Of a DNA stretch of 64,000 nucleotides, positions 30,485 to 40,526 are shown piece by piece. How positions within the stretch are numbered: position 1 is the first letter of the stretch; the number at the start of each line of letters is the position of its first letter. Both the position numbers and the translations under genes were made by a program. Source of the DNA: Synergistales bacterium (lineage in GTDB: Bacteria; Synergistota; Synergistia; Synergistales; JAFGMB01); assembly GCA_963666205.1 (NCBI GenBank), contig OY762654.1:416001-480000 (forward strand). Direction: 5' to 3'. The notes under the pieces were generated by a model. That model saw only the letters and a program-made list of their open reading frames with translations. It did not search any database and was not told where the DNA came from.

Positions 30485-32266
30485 ATGTTTCGGAGGATCC
30501 AAAACATGCTCCTGAGAAAACCTGGAAGATATCTTTCAACTATGATTTTAATTGTTCTTATTATGTTTATATCCAGATCGGCTACGGGAATAACAAGGGG
30601 AAGACTTCTAAAAGAAGTCTTCGATTCTCTTGGTATACCTCCTACATCTGACAGTATCTCTTATTCAGATGTCTCGTCCAACCATCAATTTTTCAATTAT
30701 ATCCAAACAGCCAGAGCACTTGGAATAATTTTCCCTGGAGATCGATTCCATCCTGATATGGAGATCACAAGAGCAGAAAGCATAATGTTCATTTTCAATT
30801 CAATGGGCTGGGCTCATGAAGCGCAATTGGCTGGACTATTGAATGATCCCTACACAGGAAACATACCACCCTACATATCCCCATACCTGGTTCTTGGTGG
30901 GCAAGTTCAACCACCCGTTCCTGAAAATCTACTGAAGAATCCTGCTCAAAACCTTCAGAATGATGATCTTGCATCAATTATGCAATGGATCAAAAGATGC
31001 AGACAGGAAATTATATGGCATATGGAGCTTATCGAACAGGGAATAACACTTATAATCCATAGGGAGGGAATTGGAACACCACCTGAAACATGGTCCATAC
31101 AGATAAATGAATTTGAGGACATAATCAAAGCAAGATCTATTAAGAAAAAACTTGATCAAATGGGGCTGGAAACCTATATTACTCATGATGGATGCTCCTA
31201 TATCCTCTTTCTGGGGCCCTTTGATCACTATGCCAAAGCATGGGAGATTCTCAAGAAAATACCCGCCACATATTCAGGAAACATTGTTCCTACAGGCAAA
31301 CAGTCCAGCAACGCTCTTTTCTGGACTGCGCTCGTATCGACTCCATCCAGGGAAAGATTATCTATAATTACAGCACCCCAGATAGGGGGGTACAGACTAC
31401 CCTTATCTCATATGGCAAGAAATGCTGAAGCCATTGGAGCTGTAAACGGAGGATATTTTGTACGCAGATATCCAATTGGAACACTGGTTGAAAACAACTT
31501 TCCCCTTTCTGCTCCTTATGGCAAAAGAAGTGCGGTAGCATGGAATTCAAATGGTGACATGAAATTTTCCAATGGATTTTTCAGAACCTTCGTAAGACTC
31601 AAAGACAGAGAGATCCCGATAACATCAATTAACCAGGCGCCTGGAATGGATTCCATGGCTCTTTTTACAAGACTCTGGGGAACATTCGCTACATCCATAC
31701 CTGATGACGCCATGGAATTGACAGTCAAAAGAGATAAAGTAACCGCCCGAAAACAGTCCTCCATGTCCAACCACTTTCTGCCAGAAGATGGATACCTGTT
31801 GGTAGCTAGGGGGAATGCAAGCCCTCTTCTTGAACAGATCAGTATCAACTCCCCAGTAGGACTAACTCTAAGGTGGGATGATAATTCCATGGAGCCCTTT
31901 TCAAGTATCATCCAGGGGGGCCCTCTTCTAGTAAAAAATGGAAGTATAGTTCTCCACAACGAAGGTTTATCAAAGAACGTTTCTGACTTCAGGCATCCTC
32001 GGACCATCGTTGGATCCAAGGGCAATAAGATGTTCTGGATCGTCATTGACGGAAGGAACTCCTGGCATAGCAGCGGTCTTACTCTGGATGAAACAAGAAA
32101 GTTTGCGATCACTCAGGGACTGGGGGATGCTCTTAACCTTGATGGAGGCGGCTCTTCCGAGCTCTGGTGGAAAGGCTCTATAATAAACTCCATACCCGGA
32201 GGAAAAGAGAGAAAACTTCCTTATTGCATAATCTTCCGGAAAGATCAGGACTGTAAGCTTGATTAA
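30485..32266 (+). CDS. Cell-envelope protein: SLH-like + SPOR-like + phosphodiester glycosidase (NAGPA) domains
   Basis: YSDVSSNH...GII..GDRFHPD.EITRAE (SLH); AVNGGYF, GGPLLV, RHPRT, VIDGR, ALNLDGGGSS (NAGPA). Start codon uncertain. Confidence 0.8.
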   Translation: MFRRIQNMLLRKPGRYLSTMILIVLIMFISRSATGITRGRLLKEVFDSLGIPPTSDSISYSDVSSNHQFFNYIQTARALGIIFPGDRFHPDMEITRAESIMFIFNSMGWAHEAQLAGLLNDPYTGNIPPYISPYLVLGGQVQPPVPENLLKNPAQNLQNDDLASIMQWIKRCRQEIIWHMELIEQGITLIIHREGIGTPPETWSIQINEFEDIIKARSIKKKLDQMGLETYITHDGCSYILFLGPFDHYAKAWEILKKIPATYSGNIVPTGKQSSNALFWTALVSTPSRERLSIITAPQIGGYRLPLSHMARNAEAIGAVNGGYFVRRYPIGTLVENNFPLSAPYGKRSAVAWNSNGDMKFSNGFFRTFVRLKDREIPITSINQAPGMDSMALFTRLWGTFATSIPDDAMELTVKRDKVTARKQSSMSNHFLPEDGYLLVARGNASPLLEQISINSPVGLTLRWDDNSMEPFSSIIQGGPLLVKNGSIVLHNEGLSKNVSDFRHPRTIVGSKGNKMFWIVIDGRNSWHSSGLTLDETRKFAITQGLGDALNLDGGGSSELWWKGSIINSIPGGKERKLPYCIIFRKDQDCKLD

Positions 32267-32376
32267 AGAAAGATGTCATGGATCAGGGGGAAAGTCCTTT
32301 CAGAATCTTACCCTTTCAAGGAAAAGCAACACAGGTGAATGAATCTTTACGGGAACAACCAGAAATTATCATCCCC

Positions 32377-32814
32377 TTAAATAATACTGACTTCAGTCTC
32401 CGGACTGATCCTGTTTATAAAACCTTCCAACTCTTCAGGGCCTATATGTGTAAATTCAGCATTGACTGCTTTTTTTCTGGTTTTAAAGGATACCTTTACA
32501 GATTGAGCACAGCCCTTGGCAAATACCTTTTCAACACTTTCCCAGGGTATCATGTCCTTACCTGATGCCCCCCATGCTCTGTAAATTCTCAATACTCCCT
32601 CCGGGGAAACGAATACCTGTTTCTCAAAACCTCCTATAAATAGACAGCTGATGCCGAAGAGTGCGTAAGGGAAGGTCAGCTTCATCTGATCAATATTAAC
32701 AGTAAAGAAAGTCTTCATACTATAACTGAGAAGAGCAAGACCAACGACAATTGTCAGTACCCTTCCCCAGCCGGGAAAGGGATTTTCAGATCTAGCCTTG
32801 AGAATATCCTTCAT
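32377..32814 (-). CDS. Hypothetical 2-TM membrane protein with a PH-like C-terminus
   Basis: GGAGG RBS; two hydrophobic helices followed by 'IPWESV' motif. Confidence 0.65.
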   Translation of the reverse strand: MKDILKARSENPFPGWGRVLTIVVGLALLSYSMKTFFTVNIDQMKLTFPYALFGISCLFIGGFEKQVFVSPEGVLRIYRAWGASGKDMIPWESVEKVFAKGCAQSVKVSFKTRKKAVNAEFTHIGPEELEGFINRISPETEVSII

Positions 32815-32854
32815 AAATAAGACACCTCCGAAATTGAACTGACTTCAGACTTCA

Positions 32855-33769
32855 TTACCAGAACTCGGGAAAATATTTATTTTTTAATCTTATAATTTCC
32901 TCTTGTACAGTTTCCATAAAAAGGTCCTCAATAACCTTGTCCCTGGCTTCATCAAATGAAAGTTGTCTCCCATGTTCTTTGGAAATCACCTGAATCAGAT
33001 GGTATCCGTATTTTGATGGATAAGGTCCATGAAAACCTCCTGGATCCAGGGAAAAGACGGCCTCTTCAAGAGAAACGGGAATATCACCGCTGGTAAACCA
33101 ACCCAGCTTCCCACCATTTGAAACTGATGAAAAATCCTTGCTGTACAAATCCACAAGGGATTCAAAATCATTGCCAACCAGCAATTCAAGTATTATTCTG
33201 AAAACCAGTTTTCTCTGATGAACAAGAATGTGCCTTAGAAAAACACGATCCTTCGTAATATACTCTGCCTTATTGGCGACATAAAATCTCCTTAATGCAA
33301 CTTCAGAAGAAGATTTTACATTATATAGATCCCTAAGATAATGATCAGCAAGAACACACGATTTTTCCCATCTCGTGGCATAGGAATCGCCTTTTGTCAC
33401 AAGATTCTTATAGCCGGATTCCCATGCCAGTAACATTACATTCAGAATAACTTCATCAGGATTTTCTGAGGGTCTGGAACAGGCTTTATCCAAATATAAG
33501 AATTCTTTTATCTGATCCATGCTTTCTGCTTCCCTGATAAGAGATAATCCTTCAGCAGAAACCACAAGACACCGTTCTTTTCCTGCGAAAACAAGTCCCA
33601 TACTACTTTCAGCCCCTTTAGGTATGAAAAAGACTGTAAGTAGAAGGGAAAAGACACATAGTCCAAACCTGAAACAGGATAGTACACTTCTGCGGCCAGG
33701 CAGAAAAGGATTCCCATATCTGGGAAAACTGTCATTCAGGCAATCGCGAGGTTCTTTATTCAATATCAT
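32855..33769 (-). CDS. PpiC-type (parvulin) peptidyl-prolyl isomerase, PrsA-like
   Basis: RHILV, DFESL...YS.D..S..NGG.LGWF, LEEAVFSL, SKYGYHLI. Start codon uncertain. Confidence 0.8.
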   Translation of the reverse strand: MILNKEPRDCLNDSFPRYGNPFLPGRRSVLSCFRFGLCVFSLLLTVFFIPKGAESSMGLVFAGKERCLVVSAEGLSLIREAESMDQIKEFLYLDKACSRPSENPDEVILNVMLLAWESGYKNLVTKGDSYATRWEKSCVLADHYLRDLYNVKSSSEVALRRFYVANKAEYITKDRVFLRHILVHQRKLVFRIILELLVGNDFESLVDLYSKDFSSVSNGGKLGWFTSGDIPVSLEEAVFSLDPGGFHGPYPSKYGYHLIQVISKEHGRQLSFDEARDKVIEDLFMETVQEEIIRLKNKYFPEFW

Positions 33770-36218
33770 TTCTGATGGTTATAAAATCCAGTTCGCCATC
33801 CTGTGTTCCAATCATGACCCTGGAGTTTTCTTTGAGACTGCCATCCAGTATCATATCTGCCAGTTTATCTTCCACGAGGTGCTGGATTATTCTTCTCAAT
33901 GGTCTGGCTCCGTACTTAGGATCATATCCTTTTTCCAGAATCAGTTCCTTTGCATCTATCGAAGCTTCCAGGACTATCTGATTATCAGACAATCTGGATC
34001 TAACCTCGCCTATCATTATGTCAACAATACGAAGCATTTCCTCCCTGCAGAGACTTTTAAATATTACGATTTCATCGATCCTGTTGATAAACTCCGGCCT
34101 GAATGTTTTCTTTACAGCTTCCATAATACCGGAACTTACTTTTTGCCAATCCAGGTCCTCTTCTTTCGAATTGCTGAATCCAAGAGCTTTTGTTCGGAAG
34201 ATATCCTTTGCTCCTATATTACTAGTCATAATTACTACAGAGTTCCTGAAATCAACAAGGTGACCTTGCCCGTCCGTAAGATGTCCATCTTCCATGATCT
34301 GTAGAAGGATATTGAACACGTCTGGATGTGCCTTCTCTACTTCATCGAAAAGGATTACAGAATATGGTCTTCGCCTTATGGATTCAGTAAGTTTCCCACC
34401 TTCCTCATACCCTACGTATCCAGGAGGGGCTCCGATCAGTTTTGCAGCTTCATGCCTTTCCATGTATTCGCTCATGTCAACACGAATGATAGACTCTTCG
34501 CTTCCAAAAAGAAATTCTGCCAACGCTCTTGCCAGTTCAGTCTTGCCAACTCCGGTAGGTCCAAGAAAAAGGAAACTGCCTATTGGACGTTTCGGATCTT
34601 TCAAGCCACTCCTTGTTCTCCTTATAGCACGGGAAACAGCGCTTACTGCCTCTTCCTGACCTATAAGTCTTTTATGTATTTCATCTTCCATCCTCAGGAG
34701 ACGTTTGCTTTCCAGCTCTGTAAGCTGAAGGACCGGGATACCAGTCCACTCGGATACTATTAGAGCTATGTCTGAAGCCAGGACAACTGGCTCTTCCAGA
34801 TCTCTCTGTGTGTGCCAGTCCTTTCTCTTTCTCTCAAGTCTTTCTGCAAGTTGTCTCTCCTGATCACGGAGATCAGCAGCCTTTTCAAAAGCCTGAGAAT
34901 CCACTGCAGCTTCTTTCTCTTTACATATATCATCAAGCTGTTTTTCAAGTTCCTTCAGATCAGCTGGAACTTCCATGGTTTCCAACCTAGCCCTGGCAGC
35001 AGCTTCATCCATAAGATCAATACTTTTATCGGGAAGAAACCTGTCACTTATGTATCTCTCTGAAAGTTTTGCAGCATAAGTAAGAGCCTCATCCGTTATC
35101 TTGACCCTGTGATGAGCTTCATATCTATCTCTCAGGCCAGCCAGGATCTTTATAGTATTCTCAACAGATGGCTCTTCGACCGTAACTGGTTGGAATCTCC
35201 TTTCCAGAGCTGCATCTTTTTCAATATGTTTTCTATACTCATCAAGAGTAGTCGCCCCTACTACCTGGAATTCTCCGCGAGCTAAGGATGGCTTCAGGAT
35301 ATTTGCTGCATCTACGGCACCTTCAGCACCACCGGCACCAACAATAGTGTGTATCTCATCAATAAAGAGAATAACCTCCCTGGATTCCTTCATTTCCTTG
35401 ACAAGTTTTCTCATGCGCTCTTCAAATTCTCCCCTGTACTTGGTGCCAGCTACAAGATTGCCCATATTAAGCTGAACAACCCTTTTACCCTTAAGAGGTT
35501 CCGGTATATCTCCTGCTGATATTTTCTGGGCCAGACCTTCCACAATAGCAGTCTTACCAACTCCAGGATCTCCAATAAGAACAGGGTTATTTTTTGTTCT
35601 TCTGGAGAGGATCTGGATAAGTCGCTTAATCTCCTTATCCCGTCCAATTACAGGGTCAAGCTCCCTTTTACCAGACATCTCTGTTAGATCTATCCCTAAT
35701 TGATCCAGATTTGGCGTTTTTGATCGTCCTGCTATCCTGACGCTCGAATGCCCCTTCAGTAAGTTTTCGTTTTCCTTTTCTGAATTTGATAGAAATTTAT
35801 TCAGTTCCTGACGAACTGTTTCAAGATCAAGACCATAAGAGTTCATAACCTGGAATGCTACTCCCTCTCCTTCTGCAAGAAGTCCCAACAGAACATGTTC
35901 CGTGCCAACATAATTCACTCTCATATTTCTGGCTTCGCTGATAGCAAGATCGAGAACCCTTTTGGCCCTTGGACTCAAAGGCAAATCTACTGGTCTCAGT
36001 TTTGATGGTCTAGTCCCAACCGCCTCTTCAATTCTGAGCTTCATTTCTTCAAGACCTATTCCGAGGGACTCGAGAACCTGTACAGCTACACCTTCTCCTT
36101 CGGCAATAAGACCAAGCAATATATGTTCAGTCCCGATAATATCGTGACCCAGCCTAAGGGCTTCCCTGTGTGCCAACTGGACTACCTTCTTGCCTCTTTC
36201 TGTAAAAAACTGCCACAT
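33756..36218 (-). CDS. clpC: ATP-dependent Clp protease ATPase ClpC
   Basis: Clp-N repeats (GTEHILLGL), [17 protein letters not shown]-domain (FEKAADLRD), [18 protein letters not shown]. Confidence 0.96.
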   Translation of the reverse strand: MWQFFTERGKKVVQLAHREALRLGHDIIGTEHILLGLIAEGEGVAVQVLESLGIGLEEMKLRIEEAVGTRPSKLRPVDLPLSPRAKRVLDLAISEARNMRVNYVGTEHVLLGLLAEGEGVAFQVMNSYGLDLETVRQELNKFLSNSEKENENLLKGHSSVRIAGRSKTPNLDQLGIDLTEMSGKRELDPVIGRDKEIKRLIQILSRRTKNNPVLIGDPGVGKTAIVEGLAQKISAGDIPEPLKGKRVVQLNMGNLVAGTKYRGEFEERMRKLVKEMKESREVILFIDEIHTIVGAGGAEGAVDAANILKPSLARGEFQVVGATTLDEYRKHIEKDAALERRFQPVTVEEPSVENTIKILAGLRDRYEAHHRVKITDEALTYAAKLSERYISDRFLPDKSIDLMDEAAARARLETMEVPADLKELEKQLDDICKEKEAAVDSQAFEKAADLRDQERQLAERLERKRKDWHTQRDLEEPVVLASDIALIVSEWTGIPVLQLTELESKRLLRMEDEIHKRLIGQEEAVSAVSRAIRRTRSGLKDPKRPIGSFLFLGPTGVGKTELARALAEFLFGSEESIIRVDMSEYMERHEAAKLIGAPPGYVGYEEGGKLTESIRRRPYSVILFDEVEKAHPDVFNILLQIMEDGHLTDGQGHLVDFRNSVVIMTSNIGAKDIFRTKALGFSNSKEEDLDWQKVSSGIMEAVKKTFRPEFINRIDEIVIFKSLCREEMLRIVDIMIGEVRSRLSDNQIVLEASIDAKELILEKGYDPKYGARPLRRIIQHLVEDKLADMILDGSLKENSRVMIGTQDGELDFITIRNDIE

Positions 36219-36583
36219 ACAGCACACACCCCCTTCATAGGTAAATTAATTCGATACATGATCTTTTAAGACCTGCACCCCTTATTGTTTTCCTTATTCT
36301 GCACCTGTAATCATCCATTGCAGCAAACCCGACCTATTGGAGGTTGTCAGAAAGATCAGTAAAGCCCTTAATACTGAATAGGGATACATTACTGAAAGAC
36401 AAATAATTTCATAACAACTTTTAACTCAACATGTCAAGGAAAGATAATGTTAACTCGATTTAAATATCTGACATCTTGCTCATAAAGAGGAACTTCCAGA
36501 AAAGGTAAGTTACCACATTTTAAATTTCCAGAAATCTGTTTTTTTGAGAATAGCCATTCATTGCGCCGGAAAAAGGAGTTCCG

Positions 36584-37066
36584 TTATGAAAGAGCCAGAC
36601 TCCCAAGCATTCTTTTTAGAAGTTCCGCCTGCAGAACATTTCTTTTGTAAGGAGAGATGTTAAAAACCGAGGCTCCAGTTTCATCTGTAAACCTGAGTGC
36701 TACCTCCACAAGAAGTCTTTCGCGGGAAGTAATCAGGCCTCTTTCCTGAAAAGCGGCAAGGATACTTTTAGCCTCTTGTTCACTTATGGAATCTCCAATG
36801 ATCTCTTCTATGTGGTTGATCTTGTCCTGAGGCATTTCATAGCATATCCTCAGAATCTTGATATATCCATGTCCACCTCGCTGGCTTTCAACAAGGTAGC
36901 CTCTTTCCGGAGTAAACCGGCTTCTCAGGACATAGTTTATCTGGCTGGGAACACAACCGAAAAATTCTGCGAGTTCCTTTCTTCTTAGAGAAACATAATC
37001 TCTTTCCTCTTCTTCTGTAAATAACTCATTGATGTAAGATTCAATGATCTCGGTTAAACTTGCCAT
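36584..37066 (-). CDS. ctsR: Class III heat-shock repressor CtsR
   Basis: IIESYI, CVPSQINYVL.SRFT.ERGYLVESQRGGHGYI.I, LITSRE. Confidence 0.93.
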   Translation of the reverse strand: MASLTEIIESYINELFTEEEERDYVSLRRKELAEFFGCVPSQINYVLRSRFTPERGYLVESQRGGHGYIKILRICYEMPQDKINHIEEIIGDSISEQEAKSILAAFQERGLITSRERLLVEVALRFTDETGASVFNISPYKRNVLQAELLKRMLGSLALS

Positions 37067-37102
37067 AGAAGGACCTCCTTCGTAAAACCTGCAACAGAGC
37101 CT

Positions 37103-37132
37103 ATTTTATGCATAAGGTCAGTATTCGTCAAT
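37103..37132 (-). promoter_or_regulatory. ctsR promoter overlapped by a CtsR box
   Basis: TTGACG-N17-TAAAAT; heptad direct repeat GGTCAGT-ATT-CGTCAAT (37116-37132, 10-nt period) over the -35 and spacer. Confidence 0.7.
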
Positions 37133-37165
37133 ATACTAGTGACTGTTATTATTACAGAAGTGGTC

Positions 37166-37768
37166 CTATTCCTTTTTCTGTCCAATCTTTACCTCTGTCC
37201 CTGTAAGGATACGTCGGATATTCTGCTGATGTCTGCACAGGGATAAGATTGCTAAAAGTAATGAAGTCAGACTGTATTGGAAAGGACTTCCAATGATTAA
37301 GAAAAAGAGCGGTATTGAAAAAAGTGAAATTAGAGAGGCTAAAGAAACATATTGTGTAATTTTGAGAAAACACAACCAGACTATCCCACCAAGAATACCA
37401 ACAACAAAAGACCAGGGAGGGGAGAAGAAGATAATAACCCCAAAGGTTGTTGAAACACCCTTACCACCTTTAAAACCAAGCCATAGAGGGAAATTGTGAC
37501 CACATACACTCGCAAGACCAATAAGACTGATCATTAAAGGATCTCTTGTGCCAAAGGACATCGCGAGAAGGATGGCAACACCGCCCTTGAACATGTCCAT
37601 TGAGGCAACAATAACCGCCCATTTTTTACCAAGAAAACGACCAACATTCGTAGCTCCTATATTACCTGAGCCTAATTTGCGAATATCTGCTCCCTTCATT
37701 AGTCTGAATACAACATAACCGGAGGGAAATGAACCAAAAAGATAACCAAAAAGAATCCATAACAACAT
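37166..37768 (-). CDS. plsY: Acyl-phosphate:glycerol-3-phosphate acyltransferase
   Basis: YLFGSFPSG, DIRKLGSGNIGATNV.R, D.FKG, GHNFP.WL.FKGGKGVST, RH..NI.R...GTE. Confidence 0.96.
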   Translation of the reverse strand: MLLWILFGYLFGSFPSGYVVFRLMKGADIRKLGSGNIGATNVGRFLGKKWAVIVASMDMFKGGVAILLAMSFGTRDPLMISLIGLASVCGHNFPLWLGFKGGKGVSTTFGVIIFFSPPWSFVVGILGGIVWLCFLKITQYVSLASLISLFSIPLFFLIIGSPFQYSLTSLLLAILSLCRHQQNIRRILTGTEVKIGQKKE

Positions 37769-37769
37769 T

Positions 37770-39848
37770 TTAATCTACACCCCTGATCATAAAGGCATCT
37801 ACTATTACAGCCTCTTTTTCTCTGGCAAAAACCGGGTTGATTATAACCTCATGGAGCCCCTGTTCTACGAAGATAATTGCAGAGACCTGACTGACTATCT
37901 TAGCGAGTGAATCGACATCGTAACCTGGCTGTCCCCAAAGTCCTTTAAGAATAGGATAACCCTTCAGTTCCCGTATCATTTCAAGAGCAGTATCGACTTC
38001 TACAGGGGCAATACGAGTTGAGCGGTCATCAAGAAATTCCACATAAATTCCCCCAAGACCTACTGAAACCACAGGTCCAAATACAGGATCTCTTCTGGCG
38101 GAAATCATACACTCAATTCCTGTTTCAAGCATTTCCTGAACTAAAACACCAATTATTTCTGCCTCCGGATTGGCAACAATAGCCCTTTGAAGGGTTCTTC
38201 CATAAGCATTTCTGACTTCTTCAGAATCCCTGAGATCAAGAGCTATAATGCGTGCCTGGGATTTCTGCACAATATTCGGAGACATCACCTTAAGGGCGAC
38301 AGGATATCCGATTGTATCTGCAGCTTCGATAGCCTCTTCAAGGTTATGGCATAAGTTCTCCTCAGTAATTGCTAACCCGTACTCTGAAAGAAGTACTTTA
38401 GCATGATATTCAGTAAGTCCGGATGGAAGTTCCTCTAAAATATTCAACCCTTCTGGAAGCTGCGGAGGAATAGGATATTGTTTAACTTCAAGATAGAGAG
38501 CTGCAAGAGTTTGTGCGCATCTTCGGAAACTTGAAAAAACGGGTATTCCTGCCTCCTCAATGGCAGAAACTAGATGCTTCAGGTGCCTGTCACCTTGCAA
38601 CCAGCAACATACAATGGGTTTTCTGTTATGCCTGAATATCTGCAGAAGGCTTTTCAGTACCTGCTGAATCACTAAAGGTCGCACCAGTGACAGGACAACA
38701 ATTATCATGTCAATATCGGTCTGATTTACCAGATATTTCATGGATTGCAGGGATTCGGGAAGTGTAACAGGGTCCTCCCATAAATGGTGAGAAGGATTAG
38801 AAGTAGACTCATTCGGGAAATGGATTGAAGCTTCATTCGCGAGACTGCTTGCATTAATAAAAGAAAGAACTTCAAGACCCTCTTCAAGACAACGGTTACA
38901 CATGAGAATTCCTGAATCACGGGAAGTTGAGAATATTCCAACCCTGTTTCCTGTCGCTTTTCTGGACATGTTGAAGATATGTCCCAGATCAATAAGATCT
39001 TCAATATCCTTTATCTCAATAACCCCATACTGTTGAAACACCGATTGCCAGACTGCATCTTCTTCTTTTGCATCCCCATTATGGGATATACCCTTTACCC
39101 TGCAGGTTCCTAGCGAACCAGGATGGATTACAGCAACAGGTACATCTTGATTTCTGGCTTTTTTGACAATGTCAAGAAATCTTCGGCCGTCGGAAAGTTC
39201 ATGAAAAGAAAATACAAGGAATCTCAGATCCGGGTCTCTCAGCAGGAATTCCCCTATGTCAAGACAATCGATTTCAACACCCACTCCGGTAGTTACAACA
39301 TATCTGAAGGTAGTTCCTTTCTCAGCAGCAGAACAATAAAAAGAAAACCCAAGAGAACTATCCTGGGCAATAAGACCTATATTGCCTCCTTTCACTGGAG
39401 GCAATCCTGAGATTGAAGAACATGTAAGGGGAATACCATCCTTAAAATTCACGAAACCTAATGAGTCCGGGCCAAGTATACTGGTTGAGGATCCCGGATA
39501 GGTTTTCCTCAGATTTTCTGGTGAAGGGGTATTGTTGCATCCAGTTGTCAGGATAAGGAAGGGTACATTCATAGCCATTATTTCAGCAATACCTTCACAA
39601 GGTACATTTTCTGAATCCAGAAACATAACAACTTCAGGGATTTCAGGAAGTGATGATAGGGAGGGGTAACATTTCAGACCATAAATATAGTTTAATTCAG
39701 GATTAACTGGGAAGATACTTCCAGAATATCCATATTCCAGAAGCAGTTTGACAGGCATAGATGACATTTCATCCTTACGATCTGTAGCTCCTATAATTGC
39801 GATGCTCTCAGGTGACAAGAGATGTTGAAGATCCTTTTTTTGCTTCAT
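37770..39848 (-). CDS. Acetate/acyl-CoA ligase (ADP-forming) family, fused alpha-beta, with degenerate motifs
   Basis: LLSPESIAIIGA, FPVNP...GLKCYPSL CoA-binding domain; IGYPVALKV.SP, VLVQEM, RDPVFGPVV.VGLGG..VE...D ATP-grasp; several catalytic motifs altered. Confidence 0.82.
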   Translation of the reverse strand: MKQKKDLQHLLSPESIAIIGATDRKDEMSSMPVKLLLEYGYSGSIFPVNPELNYIYGLKCYPSLSSLPEIPEVVMFLDSENVPCEGIAEIMAMNVPFLILTTGCNNTPSPENLRKTYPGSSTSILGPDSLGFVNFKDGIPLTCSSISGLPPVKGGNIGLIAQDSSLGFSFYCSAAEKGTTFRYVVTTGVGVEIDCLDIGEFLLRDPDLRFLVFSFHELSDGRRFLDIVKKARNQDVPVAVIHPGSLGTCRVKGISHNGDAKEEDAVWQSVFQQYGVIEIKDIEDLIDLGHIFNMSRKATGNRVGIFSTSRDSGILMCNRCLEEGLEVLSFINASSLANEASIHFPNESTSNPSHHLWEDPVTLPESLQSMKYLVNQTDIDMIIVVLSLVRPLVIQQVLKSLLQIFRHNRKPIVCCWLQGDRHLKHLVSAIEEAGIPVFSSFRRCAQTLAALYLEVKQYPIPPQLPEGLNILEELPSGLTEYHAKVLLSEYGLAITEENLCHNLEEAIEAADTIGYPVALKVMSPNIVQKSQARIIALDLRDSEEVRNAYGRTLQRAIVANPEAEIIGVLVQEMLETGIECMISARRDPVFGPVVSVGLGGIYVEFLDDRSTRIAPVEVDTALEMIRELKGYPILKGLWGQPGYDVDSLAKIVSQVSAIIFVEQGLHEVIINPVFAREKEAVIVDAFMIRGVD

Positions 39849-39952
39849 CGCTAAATACCCTCCAGATTTGGACTGTCTTAGATTGTAACAGTTGAGATCA
39901 GTATTCGTCCATTTGCCGTACATCAGAGGCAGGTTGTCCGTTTTAACAGGGT

Positions 39953-39991
39953 AAAAAAAATTGCCTCATCCGGAGAACCGGATGAGGCATT
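39953..39991 (-). terminator. Terminator after tRNA-Leu
   Basis: TGCCTCATCCGG-AGAA-CCGGATGAGGCA with an 8-U tail on the minus strand. Confidence 0.85.
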
Positions 39992-40000
39992 CTTTTCCAA

Positions 40001-40087
40001 TGGTGCGGAGGGGGAGACTCGAACTCCCACAGGCTTGCGCCCACAGGCTCCTTAGGCCTGCGCGTCTACCAGTTCCGCCACCCCCGC
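40001..40087 (-). tRNA. tRNA-Leu (AAG)
   Basis: GCGGGGG-TG-GCGGAACTGGTAGACGC-G-CAGGC-CTAAGGA-GCCTG-(long variable arm)-GGGAG-TTCGAGT-CTCCC-CCTCCGC-A-CCA; anticodon at 40051-40053. Confidence 0.93.
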
Positions 40088-40099
40088 ACAGCGAAGGTT

Positions 40100-40128
40100 A
40101 TTATAATAGGCTTAAGCCTTCACGTCAA
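40100..40128 (-). promoter_or_regulatory. sigma70 promoter of tRNA-Leu
   Basis: TTGACG-N17-TATAAT. Confidence 0.8.
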
Positions 40129-40138
40129 TACTGCTAAA

Positions 40139-40489
40139 TTAAAAAAATCTTCTTTCTTTAATACGGGCAGCTTTACCGCTCAGTTTCCTGAGATAATAAA
40201 GTTTAGCTCTACGGACTCTGCCATATCTTTTTACTTCAATCTTGTCAATGGAAGGACAATGTAGTGGGAAAATTCTTTCCACACCAATTCCGCCTGAGAT
40301 CTTTCTGACGGTGAAAGTCTCGTTTATGCCGCCATTCTTACGTGCTATGACAACACCTTCAAAGACCTGAACTCTCTCCCTACTGCCTTCCTTGACCTTA
40401 ACATGCACCCTGACAGTATCTCCTGAACGGAATTCAGGAATATCACTTTTCTGGTATTTCTTTTCTACCAGGCTCATTCTGGGATCCAT
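40139..40489 (-). CDS. rplS: 50S ribosomal protein L19
   Basis: [51 protein letters not shown]. Confidence 0.99.
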   Translation of the reverse strand: MDPRMSLVEKKYQKSDIPEFRSGDTVRVHVKVKEGSRERVQVFEGVVIARKNGGINETFTVRKISGGIGVERIFPLHCPSIDKIEVKRYGRVRRAKLYYLRKLSGKAARIKERRFF

Positions 40490-40526
40490 AACAAACCCTC
40501 CTTATATCAGACATTTACAAGAATAA

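Noticed and set aside
31516-34304. Long antisense ORFs (198 aa at 31516-32112, 261 aa at 33519-34304; also 195 aa at 2848-3435)
   Set aside because: Shadows of well-supported genes on the other strand, with no motifs of their own.
36345-36360. TGTCAGAAAGATCAGT as a second CtsR box before clpC
   Set aside because: Repeat period is 9 nt rather than 10 and the match is weak.
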